Shown here piece by piece: positions 35,933 through 49,269 of a stretch of DNA of 51,574 nucleotides. The stretch is from Paramecium tetraurelia (Eukaryota): assembly GCA_000165425.1 (NCBI GenBank), contig CT868672.1, positions 62,001 through 113,574 of the forward strand, written 5' to 3'. The notes under the pieces are model-generated. The model ran no database searches. It was not told where the DNA came from and worked only from the letters and a program-made list of their open reading frames with translations. Every line of letters starts with the position of its first letter. The first letter of the stretch is position 1. Position numbers and translations under genes: made by a program.

Positions 35933-38178
35933 ATGGAGATAATTTTCGAAATAAGTAATTAGATCAAAGTAATTATTAGTACAAAGAAACAACTAGCAAG
36001 AAATTCAAGATTATTTTCGTCAATTGAAAATATAATCTGCTAAATAACGAAAGGTAAACTCTACTATTTATACATTCTAAGGATTTTGAGGACATTGCTC
36101 TTCAGCTTTTATCAAAAGAATAAGATAAGTGTAAAGCTTATTTCTACTTCCTCGAAATATCCAATGATGTTACGCTTAAAACGCTACTTCAAGAGATCTT
36201 CACAAAAGCCTTCTTAGAATTAAATGATTTCGGAAATAAATAATTAGCTTTACAAAAATGGCAACTAATCCCTTTAGATTTCATAGAAAAATATATGGAA
36301 GGCTTCGATATTAAACCAGCAGATATCTAAGAGTAATGAATTTATCTATTAAAGTGCTCAAGTAAAAATTCTAACTTTACTCTAAAATAAAAAGCCCCTT
36401 TAAGCTATGAAATTAATCATGATTTTTAAAGATCAATTGAATATGTCAATATTTATAGATAAATTCATTTAATTGGACGCAGTCTAAGATTTTTCTAAAG
36501 TATGCATAACTTGTCCGAATTTACTTAAAGATTTCTTGATTAAGTTAACACAGTCAGATAAAAGACATCATTAGAAATTTGCTACAGAGTTAATTAGAAA
36601 ATACAATCTTAAAAAAGAAGACTACCCTTAATTAATTAAAATCTAAAATAGATAAGCTGTTGACAGAACTTACTTTCCAAAATTAGATGAACCCTATGAG
36701 AGAGTCGAAGAACGTTTGTAGGGATATCCATATATGCTTTGTCATGTAATAGATAAGTTATTGGAAAATAACAAGGTAAATGAAGCATACTCTGTTGCTG
36801 TCAGGTAAGGTTTGAACGACCAATTCAACCTAAATGGAGTACTCGTTGAAAATCCACTTCTAAAATTTGACGGTTTTGGAATTACAGAACAAATATGTTA
36901 TTAAGAAGATCCATCAGGCTTCATTTAATTTTCTGATTTCAACATTCATGAGGATTAAATTCAATTCATTGATTCAGTTGAAAAATTATTGCTAATCAAA
37001 GACTTAATTCTAAATGCTTAAATTACTGGATTTGATACTGAGTTTTGTCATTATTTTGATGAATTCGCTATAGGAGGTGTAGCTATAATGTAAATTTCTA
37101 CTGAAAACAATGTTTATATCATCGATATTTTCAACCTAAGAGAAAAATTAGAATTACTTTAATTCTTAAATAACTATTTTGCCAGTAATAAAATCAAAAT
37201 TGGACACAGTGTATGGAATGACTTTACAGTTATGGCTTAGAATATGAATTTAGATTAAACAGTTGAACCTAAGAACATTGTAGACTTAACCTTTTTATAC
37301 AACGAAGTATTTCCAGAAAATAAAAATAATGTCTCATTAGCTAATTAAGTGTATTAATTATTTGGGAAGAAATTATCAAAAAAGGAATGTTTCTCAAATT
37401 GGTAAAGAAGACCTTTAAGAAAGTGTTAATTACATTATGGAGCTATGGATGCTTATATTTGTATTGCTTTGTATTTAAAATTAAATTAATTGAAACAGCT
37501 TGATATAGTTTAATTGCCTTAACTCTAATAACAGCATCAAACTCAATAAAAGTCGAAGAAGATCTAACAAATTTAAAAAGGGGAGCATTTAAGATACGAC
37601 TTATAATTCTAAAAGATAATCGATGATAAATAGAAAATGAAATTTTTAGTTGATGCTATGCTTAAAAAATTGGCGACTTTTCTTAGAAATCTTGGAATTG
37701 ATGCTGAATATAATGAGAAGAATGATCATTAAACTATTGAATAATAAGCTATAGCAGAATAAAGAGTAATTATAACAAGAGATAAAAAACTATACGAAAA
37801 ACCATAGCTTAAAGCCCCTTGTTTTTTACTGTCTGATAACCTAAACACTGGTAATTAAATTAACTAATTTTAGAGTAATAATTTGAGGAAATTTTAAAGG
37901 AGTTATAATTTTAAATTTATGAAAATAAAATTTTATCCAGATGTGTGAAATGCAATTTTGATCATGTTATTTAGATTTCCCCTAAAACAGCTCAATAGTA
38001 TTTGGATTTTAAAAATGTAATATTATTAACTAAAAAATAGAATGATTCCTTTGGATAAATATAAGTATTCTGGTAATGTGAAAAATGTTTATAAGTTTAT
38101 TGGGAAGGAAACCAATTTAAAAATTCAATCTAAAGATTCACTAAAGTAGCCAAAAACTAGGATGATGATAAATAGTGA
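35933..38178 (+). CDS. EXD3: MUT-7/EXD3/Nibbler-like DEDDy 3'-5' exonuclease with Mut7-C domain
   Basis: GFDTEF, KIGHSVWND, SNWQRRPLR..LHYGAMDA; Mut7-C FLVDAMLKKLATFLRNLGIDA, ITRD, SRCVKCN and CEKCLQVYWEG. Confidence 0.9.
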
Positions 38179-38709
38179 TTTAAAGTTAATATTCATTAAA
38201 ATAATAAATATGTTCTATATTTTTCTTTTTCCTAATCAACTTTACTAAAAGTGCGCTTAAAATATCAATATTTAAATAATGTAAAATTAAGCAAACACCT
38301 TCTAATTGGATTAGTAACAAGACTAAAGATACAATTATTTTTAATTTTGTATATTGGCTAATATTACTTTTAAGTAATGGTTTAAAATATGCATATTTTC
38401 GTATATATTTTTGAAAAATCTGAATATAAAATATTGTGTAAAACAGCCATATCTAAAATTATGAAGAAATCAAACTATTTTTTTTAATATTATTATTAAA
38501 AATTGGATTAATCTTTGAGTCTGGTCACTTAAATATATTATTAAAAGATAAGAATGTAGGAATTTTCAATAAAAACATTCTCCATTAAAGAATATTCATA
38601 TTTTATTAAAGCAATAATTATTTTCAAAATTAATAATTTTAAATTATACACATATATTGAATCGAAAATATTTATTAAATTAAATTATTCATAAGTTGAA
38701 TTAGATAAA

Positions 38710-40308
38710 TCAATCGTTAATTTTTTATGGAAATTAAAAGGAACTATAAATACTTGTTGTAGGATTTTGATGTACTTAGAGGTCTAAGATTTCCATTCTC
38801 TCCTCTAATTCTAATAATAGGGTTTTATCCTTATTGTTTGCAGGGTCATTTATTATTTCTGGTTAAATTTACAAATTTTAGACTAATTATTCATCAATTT
38901 AAGGTAACTATTAATTTTTAATTAAAGATTACTATCTAGTTTAAAGAACTCTAATAATTAATATCGGGTATTCCTAATTTATCAAATAATGATTCTAATT
39001 TATACTAGGATTATAAATATTTTTTAATTTATTGTATTCCTAAATGTTCTTATAAGATTAATTATAATCTATTAAAATAAGAATACTTACTTGGCTACTT
39101 CATTTTATAGATTCAAATAATTCATTTTTTTAATTGCAATTGAATCTAATTTATTAAGAATTTCTATAGATTTTTTGAGATCATAATCTTTTCCTTTATA
39201 ATTAACCTTTTTAATTTAACCCATCCAATTCTTTTAAATTATAAAATCATTAAAATCATGATAATACATTGTTATAATATCTTTTTAAGCTTTATCGTTA
39301 CTTAAATTTTCATTATACTTAGACACTATAAATGAAATTGAAAGAATCCAAGATATAATTGAACCTGTATCTGCTAATATCTCTGATATCTTTGGATATT
39401 CAACCATATTTACTGTCTTTACTTAATCTAAGTTAAAGTATAGAACAGCTATTATGTCTTGCCCATAGGCTTTTTAAGCATACTCTTAATCAAATTAAGT
39501 GGTTAATACAGATAAGTCAGAAAGATAAGTTTGTTAATTAGAGTTAGGGAATAAAAATCCATCATCCATAATCAAATCTCCTGATTTTAAGGTAAACATA
39601 TTTTAAAAATAAGATTTTTGCATCATTTCAAAAACGAAAAATTTAGGAATTTTAGTAATTTATTTATTTCTTGGATCAAATTGTTCTAAATAAATCAGAA
39701 TCTAAAAGTAGTTATCTTATTAAAAGTATTTATTGATTAAATCTTAATTTGCGCATTTTTATCCATCTTAAAGTAATTCTGGATTGCAATATGTAAAGGT
39801 TAATTGATAGTTAGTATATTTGTGATCCTATGAACTTATTGGCGAATTTGAAATTACAATATCTTCTATCAAGAGCTTATTTTATGTTTTACCTTCCTAA
39901 GTTTTCCTATATTAGAAAGTTGCATTGATAGGTGTTTACTAAGAAATAAAATAGCTATACATCATAATAACTAGATGAGCTAACCAATAATGGCTATAAG
40001 ATCATATTCTATGGATCAAAAGGATCTATTTAATGTGAAAGTTCTTAAAAGTAGCTTATTTCAGCAAATACTCCTTGCAATTTCAATTTCTATTCAACAT
40101 TGATCTATTATTGTAGAGAAGTCACTTTAGGAAGTTTATTATTTTATTGCCAATCAACAAATTGAAATAGAAAATATCCTAAGCTTATACTATACAAAGT
40201 TAAAGTTACTAATCCACCAAAAACACTTTTCTAAGTGGGGTTGATTGGAGGAATTTATAGTTTCTACTAAACCCCGAATTGATCTATTGATTATAAAAAG
40301 TATAACAT
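38710..40308 (-). CDS. Ciliate two-TM membrane protein with large external loop, copy 1 (532 aa)
   Basis: 1599-nt frame: IDQFG..KSVFGGLVTL-TM1, about 280-aa loop, YPKISEILADTGSIISWILSISFIV-TM2. Confidence 0.8.
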
Positions 40309-41761
40309 TTTTTCAAAATATATTGATTAAGTTTTATTTATTTGTTAATGATCAATTTATTTGTAATATATCCTAGTGTTTGCACTTATAAATATTTTTT
40401 AGAGTAATTAAAAATTATCATATAAATAATACATATACTATTCTTGTTTCTTATATTTTGTAATAAGTAATTTAGTTATTTAGTAAATGAAAACAAAGAA
40501 AAGTCAAGACATAATTGATAGAATGAATTCGAATGCAGGATTGGAATAACTAAAAGGTGATTTAATAAAAATAAAATTATTATGTTAGTTTATTTATAAT
40601 TAAAAATAAATGATAATTTATATTAATAAAATCTAATTACATTCCAAATGAGAGATTTTTTTCTCCCAAATTATCAAAAATTATTATCTCAAATCAAAAG
40701 AGGGGAGCAAAAATTAAATTATAATATTTTAATCCTACCTTAATTCAACTTTTCTAACATAAATCTTTCAAAATTGTTCAAAACCATATCTTGTGCTCTT
40801 TTAATAGAATAAAAACAAAAACAAATAATAGAAAACAGTTAAGCTTAACTGTTCTCTCTGGAAGATTTGTTGTAAATCATAAGAAGCAATAATTCGTATG
40901 ATTTATTAATCATTTAAGAATAATAGTTAATTATAATAAATTAAAAATCTTTTCTTAAGAATTGTCTTATTTTTTCAGTATTTAAATGATTTAAATCCAA
41001 GATAATTTCAAATCAATCAGAAGCTAGATATTTAATATTGGGTAATAAATAAATTAAGTGGTTAGTGCTAAATTAAGTGAAGCTATACCAAAAAATTATA
41101 TTTGGAGTAATTGGTATTAGCTCATTCAAAATAGTCTGAATTAAAAGAACATCTATTTTCTTCCATTTTAAATTAGTTAATAAAAATATTTGAATTTAGG
41201 AGACATTATTAATTTGCAATGTTAATTGATTATTTTCCAATAATTGCTGATTTGTTAAATTTACTTAATTATTCTTTATAATTAAATTCCCCTAACAATA
41301 AGGAATTAATCTAAACATATAAATAATATTTATAAATTTCCTTTCCATTTTATTTAACTTACTATACAGATTGTTTTATTTAAGAAAATATAAAATTTTA
41401 GGTTTATTTAAGAGAAATTCAATAAACATAGTTTAATGCAGATCTGTGATTCATCCTTTTGCTTAATAAAAATGAAAGAATATATAGATGGTTTGTTTAA
41501 TTAAAGTTATGTCTTAATATTACACTTAGTATTAGTTAAATTGTATAATAAGAATGAGATAAAAATGGAATATTAATCATTAATAGAGTTACACTATCAA
41601 CTTAAAAATTCTTTTTATTTATATTATTGTATTTAAGATCATTTAATATCATCATGCTTAATCAACATTGAGGACAGTTAAATAATTATTTATATGTTAA
41701 GAGGATCCCAAAAATTATAAAACTGCTATTTTGGCTCCTTTACTTCGCCATTTTCAGGTTA

Positions 41762-41911
41762 NNNNNNNNNNNNNNNNNNNNNNNNNNNNNNNNNNNNNNN
41801 NNNNNNNNNNNNNNNNNNNNNNNNNNNNNNNNNNNNNNNNNNNNNNNNNNNNNNNNNNNNNNNNNNNNNNNNNNNNNNNNNNNNNNNNNNNNNNNNNNNN
41901 NNNNNNNNNNN
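41762..41911. other. Assembly gap (N run)
   Basis: 150 consecutive N. Confidence 0.99.
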
Positions 41912-43384
41912 GCAGGGTCATTTATTATTTCTGTGTTAAATTTACAAATTTTAGACTAATTATTCATCAATTTAACATGACTAAAAATTGTTAATTAAAG
42001 GTTACTATTTAGTTTAACGAACTCTGACGATTAATATCAGGTATTCCTAATTTATCAAATAATGATTCTAATTTATACTAGGATTATAAATATTTTTTAA
42101 TTTATTGTATTCCTAAATGTTCTTATAAGATTAATTATAATCTATTAAAATAAGAATACTTACTTGGCTACTTCATTTTATAGATTCAAATAATTCATTT
42201 TTTTAATTGCAATTGAATCTAATTTATTAAGTATTTCTATAGATTTTTTGAGATCATAATCTTTTCCTTTATAATTAACCTTTTTAATTTAACCCATCCA
42301 ATTCTTTTAAAATAGAAAATCATTAAAATCATGATAATACATTGTTATAATATCTTTTTAAGCTTTATCGTTACTTAAATTTTCATTATACTTAGACACT
42401 ATAAATGAAATTGAAAGAATCCAAGATATAATTGAACCTGTATCTGCTAATATCTCTGATATCTTTGGATATTCAACCATATTTACTGTCTTTACTTAAT
42501 CTAAGTCAAAGTATAGAACAGCTATTATGTCTTGCCCATAGACTTTTTAAGCATACTCTTAATCAAATTAAGTGGTTAATATAGATAAGTCAGAAAGAAA
42601 AGTTTGTTAATTAGAGTTAGGGAATAAAAATCCATCATCCATAATCAAATCTCCTGATTTTAAGGTAAACATATTTTAAAAATAAGATTTTTGCATCATT
42701 TCAAAAACGAAAAATTTAGGAATTTTAGTAATTTATTTATTTCTTGGATCAAATTGTTCTAAATAAATCAAAATCTAAAAGTAGTTATATCTTATTAAAA
42801 GTATTTATTGATTAAATCTTAATTTGCGCATTTTTATCCATCTTAAAGTAATTCTGGATTGCAATATGTAAAGGTTAATTGATAGTTAGTATATTTATAA
42901 TCCTATGAACTTATTGGCGAATTTGAAATTATAATATCTTCTATCAAGAGCATATTTTATGTTTTACCTTCCTAAGTTTTCCTATATTAGAAAGTTGCAT
43001 TGATAGGTGTTTACTAAGAAATAAAATAGCTATACATCATAATAACTAGATGAGCTAACCAATAATGGTTATAATATCATATTCTATGGATCAAAAGGAT
43101 CTATTTAATGTGAAAGTTCTTAAAAGTAGCTTATTTCAGCAAATACTCCTTGCAATTTCAATTTCTATTCAACATTGATCTATTATTGTAGAGAAGTCAC
43201 TTTAGGAAGTTTATTATTTTATTGCCAATCTACAAATTGAAATAGAAAATATCCTAAGCTTATACTATACAAAGTTAAAGTTACTAATCCACCTAAAGAG
43301 CTTTGTTATGTTGGTTTAATTTCTGGGAATTTATAATTTTTGCTAAACTCCGAATTAATCGATCAATTATAAAAAGTAAGACAT
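41912..43384 (-). CDS. Tandem paralog, copy 2 (3' end in gap; apparent +1 frameshift near 43325)
   Basis: Near-identical to about 38840-40220; ATG at 43384; one extra base in the GGG at 43325-43327 relative to the copy-1 frame. Confidence 0.75.
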
Positions 43385-43521
43385 TATATTTTATGAAATT
43401 TATAAATGTGAGTTCAAAGAAGTGTTGATGAAAAGATGCAATCAACTGTTACTTATAGGAATTATAAAATATAATTTGAATAATGATTTTATATTTTATT
43501 TCTCGTATATATCGATCATAA

Positions 43522-44737
43522 TCATGCTAGTGGTTTAGCTGATTAAACCAATAATTGTTTTAGTTAGTTGACATAGGTACTATTTAACAAAGCAACATCT
43601 ACTATGACTGCACTGACTAAATATGGATCAATATTGGCAGCTGGTCTTCTGTCTTCCAAATAACTATTAGAATAACGATATTCAATACCCTTATCCTAAT
43701 TCTTTAGTGATTACTGGAACTCTGATGGACCCACCTCTGGAACCATCTCCCCATGAGAATTAATCATAGGAACTTGTTTCATGGTGACCTGTTAATCTTT
43801 TTTCATTATTTGCTCCATATAGTTTTAAAACTTCTTTGTGAGTATTACTTAATAAAGGGATCAATTCGTCGACAATATACTTGTATCCCCCTTCTCCTCT
43901 TGTTTTGACATCAGAATAGTTTGTATGGGCTCCAGAACCATTCCAATCTCCCAAGATGGGTTTTGGATCATAGTTGATATCAATACCAAATTCTTCACCC
44001 AATCTCTCTAGAATGTATCTAGCTAACCATAGGTGATCTCCGATTTCAATTCCTTCAGCGATACCAATTTAGAATTCCCATTAAGATGGAGCAACCTCTG
44101 CATTGATACCTGCAATTTTGATTCCCGCATTCAAACAAGCTCTAAGATGTGCCTCGGCTAAAGCACGTCCAAAGTTGTTTCTTTCTCCAATGGAACAATA
44201 GTATCGTCCTTATGGATAGGGAAATCCTCCTGTTGGCCATCCGAGAGGCCAGATATGAGTTGTTCCTGTACGTTTTAATAAGAAATATTCTTATTCGATT
44301 CCAAACCAAGGTTTGAAGTCTTTAGCTTTTTCCATGATTTCATTGGCAATCCATCTAATCATAAATGAGAAGGGTTACCTAAAGTTATATCTGGCTGGGG
44401 TCTTCTTGTCTGGTAAATATGTTTCACACAACACCAAAAGGTGAGGATCACCTCTGAAGGGATCTCTCACATAAACCACAGGTTTCAAATAAATTTCAGA
44501 CCATTTAGTGTTGGCTTGTTCTGTTGATGAACCATCATATGTCCACCATTCAAGGTCAGAAAGTTAAGTTATCGGTGTTAGATATACCTAAATAATTATT
44601 ATAAAAAGTACTTTTGTTTTCGATCTCATTCTCTCTCCAGTTCCATCAATCCAGATATATTCAGCCAAAACTTGAGTAACATTCTGGTTTAGTTTATAAT
44701 AATTGAAATCACGAAGATGTTCCACAGTTTCTGTCAT
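43522..44737 (-). CDS. GLN1: Glutamine synthetase type II
   Basis: [57 protein letters not shown] and [14 protein letters not shown]. Confidence 0.96.
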
Positions 44738-45220
44738 GTAAGATCTAAAATTTATTCAATTATTCAATAGAAAAACGCGTATGGATTTCTGGATTTAACT
44801 GGCTTTATAATTGGTCATAAATTAATATTCACATTAAATTGATATCTAATATTGTTTATTATTATATAATTTGCAAGATTACGTTTTTAATTTAATTTTC
44901 AATTTTTTATAAATTACAATCTCATTAATTAAGCACTTGGTAATTAAGACAATCACCTAATTTTTTAACTTAAATTGTAACCTTACAGAAAATTCGATCT
45001 TAGTTCAAGAATATACAGAAAAATTGAATATTTGCCCAATAAGTTGAAATTTTTAGGAGCAAAAGTTTTATATTCAATAAAATATTGTAATAATAATAAA
45101 AGGAAGCATCTAACTCTTCTCATTTTAAATATTGAGATTATGAAAAAAATGAAATTATTTGGACTTGATCATTTCTTTTAATATTATTATTTATTATATT
45201 CGTATAATATTGAATTTTTT

Positions 45221-46609
45221 TCAATTACTTTTTTATTTTGTTTATTTTGCACTCAACTTCTTCCCATGCGATTTATCATACATATATAAAGTTATATTGC
45301 ATAATGTACCCAAAATAGTGACCATTCGAATAAATTACATCATTTAGACATAAGATTATTATGTTTCATCTTAAATAATAGATCCAACTATTAAAGGCAA
45401 AAGGGCTAGGCCGATATTCTAAATTGATGTTACAACTCCGAATCCAGTACCTTAAGCATTGGCTTTAATGCATAAAGGAATGCATGGCCAAATTACAGGA
45501 GCGAAAATTGCAAAAGATAGACCGCTAATTGATTAAGCCAATAATGTTAAATTATGGCAAGTGTCATTAATACAATTAAGTTCTACACAGTATAAAGAAG
45601 TAGAAATTAAGAGTAAAACACCAGAAACGAGAATAATTAAAGGTCTTTATCCAATTTTATCAACAAAACCACCAAAAATTGGAGTAATAATTGCACTAAT
45701 GTAATAAGGCAGACTGTAAAAAAATGTGGCTTCCTAATCTTGAAGTTGGTATCTATTTTAATATGAATATATGTACTACCTAATTTTAAACATTTGCAAA
45801 GAATTTTATTACAAAACAATGAAAGCACTATATGATAATACACAAGTTAAAGATACGAGATAGAAATCCAATTTAAATTGTTTAATATCTGATAGACTAA
45901 CATTAGATTATTCCTCATCCTTTTTAATTTATCCATCTCTAAAATCACTTATTTTATCCATTTCAATTTGAATAAATGAGACTCCCCAAACAATTAGGAT
46001 GATGATACAACAAATCATCATGCAAGACTGAAAGCTGTCATTAAATTGAACATATGTGTATCTCAGCAAGTTTACTCCTAGAACTGATCCTAATCTTGTA
46101 AATGTTAGTTTTAAACTAAATTTTTGATATATATATCCTACCCAAATGCTAAGGCCATCTCTTAGCCAACAAACCATTTACTAACAATAGAACTCTATGC
46201 CACACTCATGCAAATTTCACCACCCATGCCCATTAGCATCATACCAATTTTCAAATAGTTGTAGTTTAAAATTAGGGATCCATAATAACATAAAGCTAGA
46301 AATGTTTAGAAATAAAATTGTACCTTATCCAAACACAAGAAAAGCTGCAAATGAAACCAAAGAGGTTCTTATTCCTATCTTATCAATGATAATTCCTCCA
46401 AAAAATGGAAATATAACATTAGGCAAGGAATAAAATGTAAATAGTTGATTAATATCTGATTATTAAATAGAGAATTGCAACTTCATCTGGGATGCTAAAA
46501 CAGATGGGAAGTCACTGCACAAACAACATCCAACTTAAAATATGCATGTCATTGCCAAAAATAACCATCTCAATGAAGTTTAATGCCAAGACACTTATTT
46601 CTTATCCAT
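45221..46609 (-). CDS. Major facilitator superfamily transporter, MFSD1-like
   Basis: LRWLFLAMTC, LFTFYSLPNVIFPFFGGIIIDKIG, IFAPVIWPCIP and GTGFGVVTSIQNIGLA. Confidence 0.88.
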
Positions 46610-46699
46610 TTTTATATTAAATTTATATTCTTAATAATTATCCTAAGATAGTTTTTAATTGTAAATATTGGCTTTCCATATATTATTCATAAAATTGTA

Positions 46700-47996
46700 A
46701 TGAATGTTATAAAGAATGTTTTATAGGTTGGAGACAATATTAAAGATAGAATTATTTTTATATAATTTGTTAATTAATTATATAAATATAATTATTATAA
46801 CGGATTGAAAACTAAAAATGAAAAGTATTCTGAAGTAAATGGCTATCTTTATAAGTTAGTTAATCAAAGTAAACTTTAATGCTGCATGTGGCTAACAGTA
46901 TAATAAAAAATGCAAAAAATGATTTTACAGTAAAAGATTGCGATGTGCCAACTATTAATAAGATCCCAGCATCAAAGCGAATTCAGACAAAACCGAAAGA
47001 AAATGCTTTAAGTGAATACAATGTAATCACAAGGTGCGTAACAGAATAAAGAAAAAGCTCAGGTATACTTATTGTTTGATTAGTCACCGAAACTAGTATT
47101 AATGAATAAAAAGAACAAAAAAGAATTCCCTCTTATTGTATGAAATGGTTAAATTATAAATATCATAAAAAGGTAAGTTTAAGAAATTAAAAATAGGAAT
47201 TTGTTTAGTTGGAATAATAATTTTACAAAATACTATAATTATAACCTGAAAAAGGAGTTGTTCAATAAATTGAAAGAGATCTTTCAAGAACTATTAAGGC
47301 AGAAAACCACTTTAAAGAAATTAGAAATATACTTATTGCATTTTCAGTCTATGATCCAAATATTGGATATGTTTAGGGAATGAACTACATTGCTTCAATA
47401 CTATTTAATCATGCAAAATAAGAGTGGATAGCATTTTGGCTATTTGTGAATTTAATAGAGTAAATGGAAATTAGAGATATTTTTTAATTATCACTTAATA
47501 CAATAAACAAATACTCGAAAATCTTGGATTTTCTTGTGAGTCGGTTTCTACCTAAAGCATATCAAAATTTATGTTTAAAATAGGTTAACACTGAGTTATA
47601 CATTTAGTAATGGATTCTAAGTTTGCTATTGCAATTTATTCCATTTGAATATACCTAAATGTATTTGGATGGATTATTCAAATAAGGAATATCATATTTT
47701 TACATGATAGCATTAACAATCATTAAAGTATTCGACAAACCAATACAAGAAGAGGATTAAATAGAAATCTTAATTTTGTTAACATCAAAATAATATGTAA
47801 TTGATTTTACTAATCTAATTAGAGTTAATTGAAATGGCCATCTATATTAGCTCTATAATGGGAGATAAATCCAGGTGAATTGAGAGTACTGTTGGATTGT
47901 TTTGACAGTGACACCAATACTTTTCACAAACCAAAATTCTAAACCCATTGCTCACAGCTTACAACAAATTTCTTCCAATTTATAAAATGTAGTTGA
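46700..47996 (+). CDS. Rab-GAP TBC-domain protein
   Basis: QIERDLSRT (Arg finger), IGYVQGMNYIAS (Gln finger) and AFWLF. Confidence 0.88.
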
Positions 47997-48058
47997 ATTC
48001 TATCTGTTATAATTTGAGATTTCAAAATTTTATTTGATTTTTCTTTTTTTATTCCTAA

Positions 48059-48361
48059 ATGATTACTTTCAATCATCAAAAGATATCTCATATGTTCTAT
48101 CCTAAATCAGTAAAACAAGAGTTGAATAGTCGAAAAGATGAAGCAACTCAGAAAGTGATTATCAATCCTAAAACTCCCTATAACTAATATAACTGCCCTT
48201 GTACCTTAAGCAAAGTAATTGATATGCCTAAAGAATAAAGAATATAAACATCTGTTATTCATAGTATTGCAGACATTGATTGGCATCGTAAATTAAGGTA
48301 TTCAGTGAGTTATTACTTTACTGAGACGTTCTAGCCCCTATTAGATATTTATTAAAATTGA
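48059..48361 (+). CDS. Hypothetical small protein (100 aa)
   Basis: 303-nt code-6 ORF MITFNHQKISHMFYPK...DIYQN*. Confidence 0.6.
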
Positions 48362-48376
48362 TTAGAAATATATATA

Positions 48377-49171
48377 TCATTAAATTAATTAGGAAGCTCT
48401 TACATTGGCTTTTTGTAACAAAAATACGATTTATTTATAGAAGTTATATTGTTGTTAATCCAAAACTTAATAAATACTTATTAAATCTTAAATCTATTGC
48501 TATATTGACAGATTTCTAGGATTTAATATTATTAAATTAAGGATTTCAAGAGCAAACAAGCAATATTCTTTTTGTTTTTATTGTTCATATGTGTATTCTT
48601 TTTGTTTTATGGCTACTTCAATTAAGTATTTAATCTTAGTCAATTCATTTATTAATCTTATCTATTTTTACTCTCTAGTTTCGATATATTAATTCTTTGG
48701 ATCTGTGCAACAAATAAATAAGTCTAAATATTTATCATCCTAATGTTATTTATTTTTCTTATTATTTATGCAGAAATTTGTATGAGTATTAGCATTTTTT
48801 ATTGATATGAATTGATCACACATTGTACAATATATATACTGCATTAAATCTAATGCTTCTTAATCTTATCTTAAAATTCTTTAATCTCCGTGATTAGGTT
48901 TATTATGAATCAACTTTTATTAATTTTATATAGGGTATTTTTGACACAGATATTAATAAAATTAATCATATCCTAAATTACCGTTCAAATCCATTATATA
49001 ACTTTATTATGATTCATTTAGTAAATTTTAATTTTAAACTTCAACAGGAATAATTTTTTCATTTTAATTTGTGTTTTGATATTCAAATTATGATATATTT
49101 AAGATTTATTATTATTACTATTACTGATATTATTGCTACTACTGATATTATTGTTATTATTGTTATTGTTA

Positions 49172-49269
<98 letters not shown>

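Noticed and set aside
11391..38178. Smg6L-like and MUT-7-like nucleases as a functional RNA-surveillance cluster
   Set aside because: They are 22 kb apart with many unrelated genes between them; there is no evidence for operon-like grouping.
46765..46802. TA-rich stretch as a retained IES in the TBC gene
   Set aside because: It reads through in frame from the ATG at 46700, so no excision is needed.
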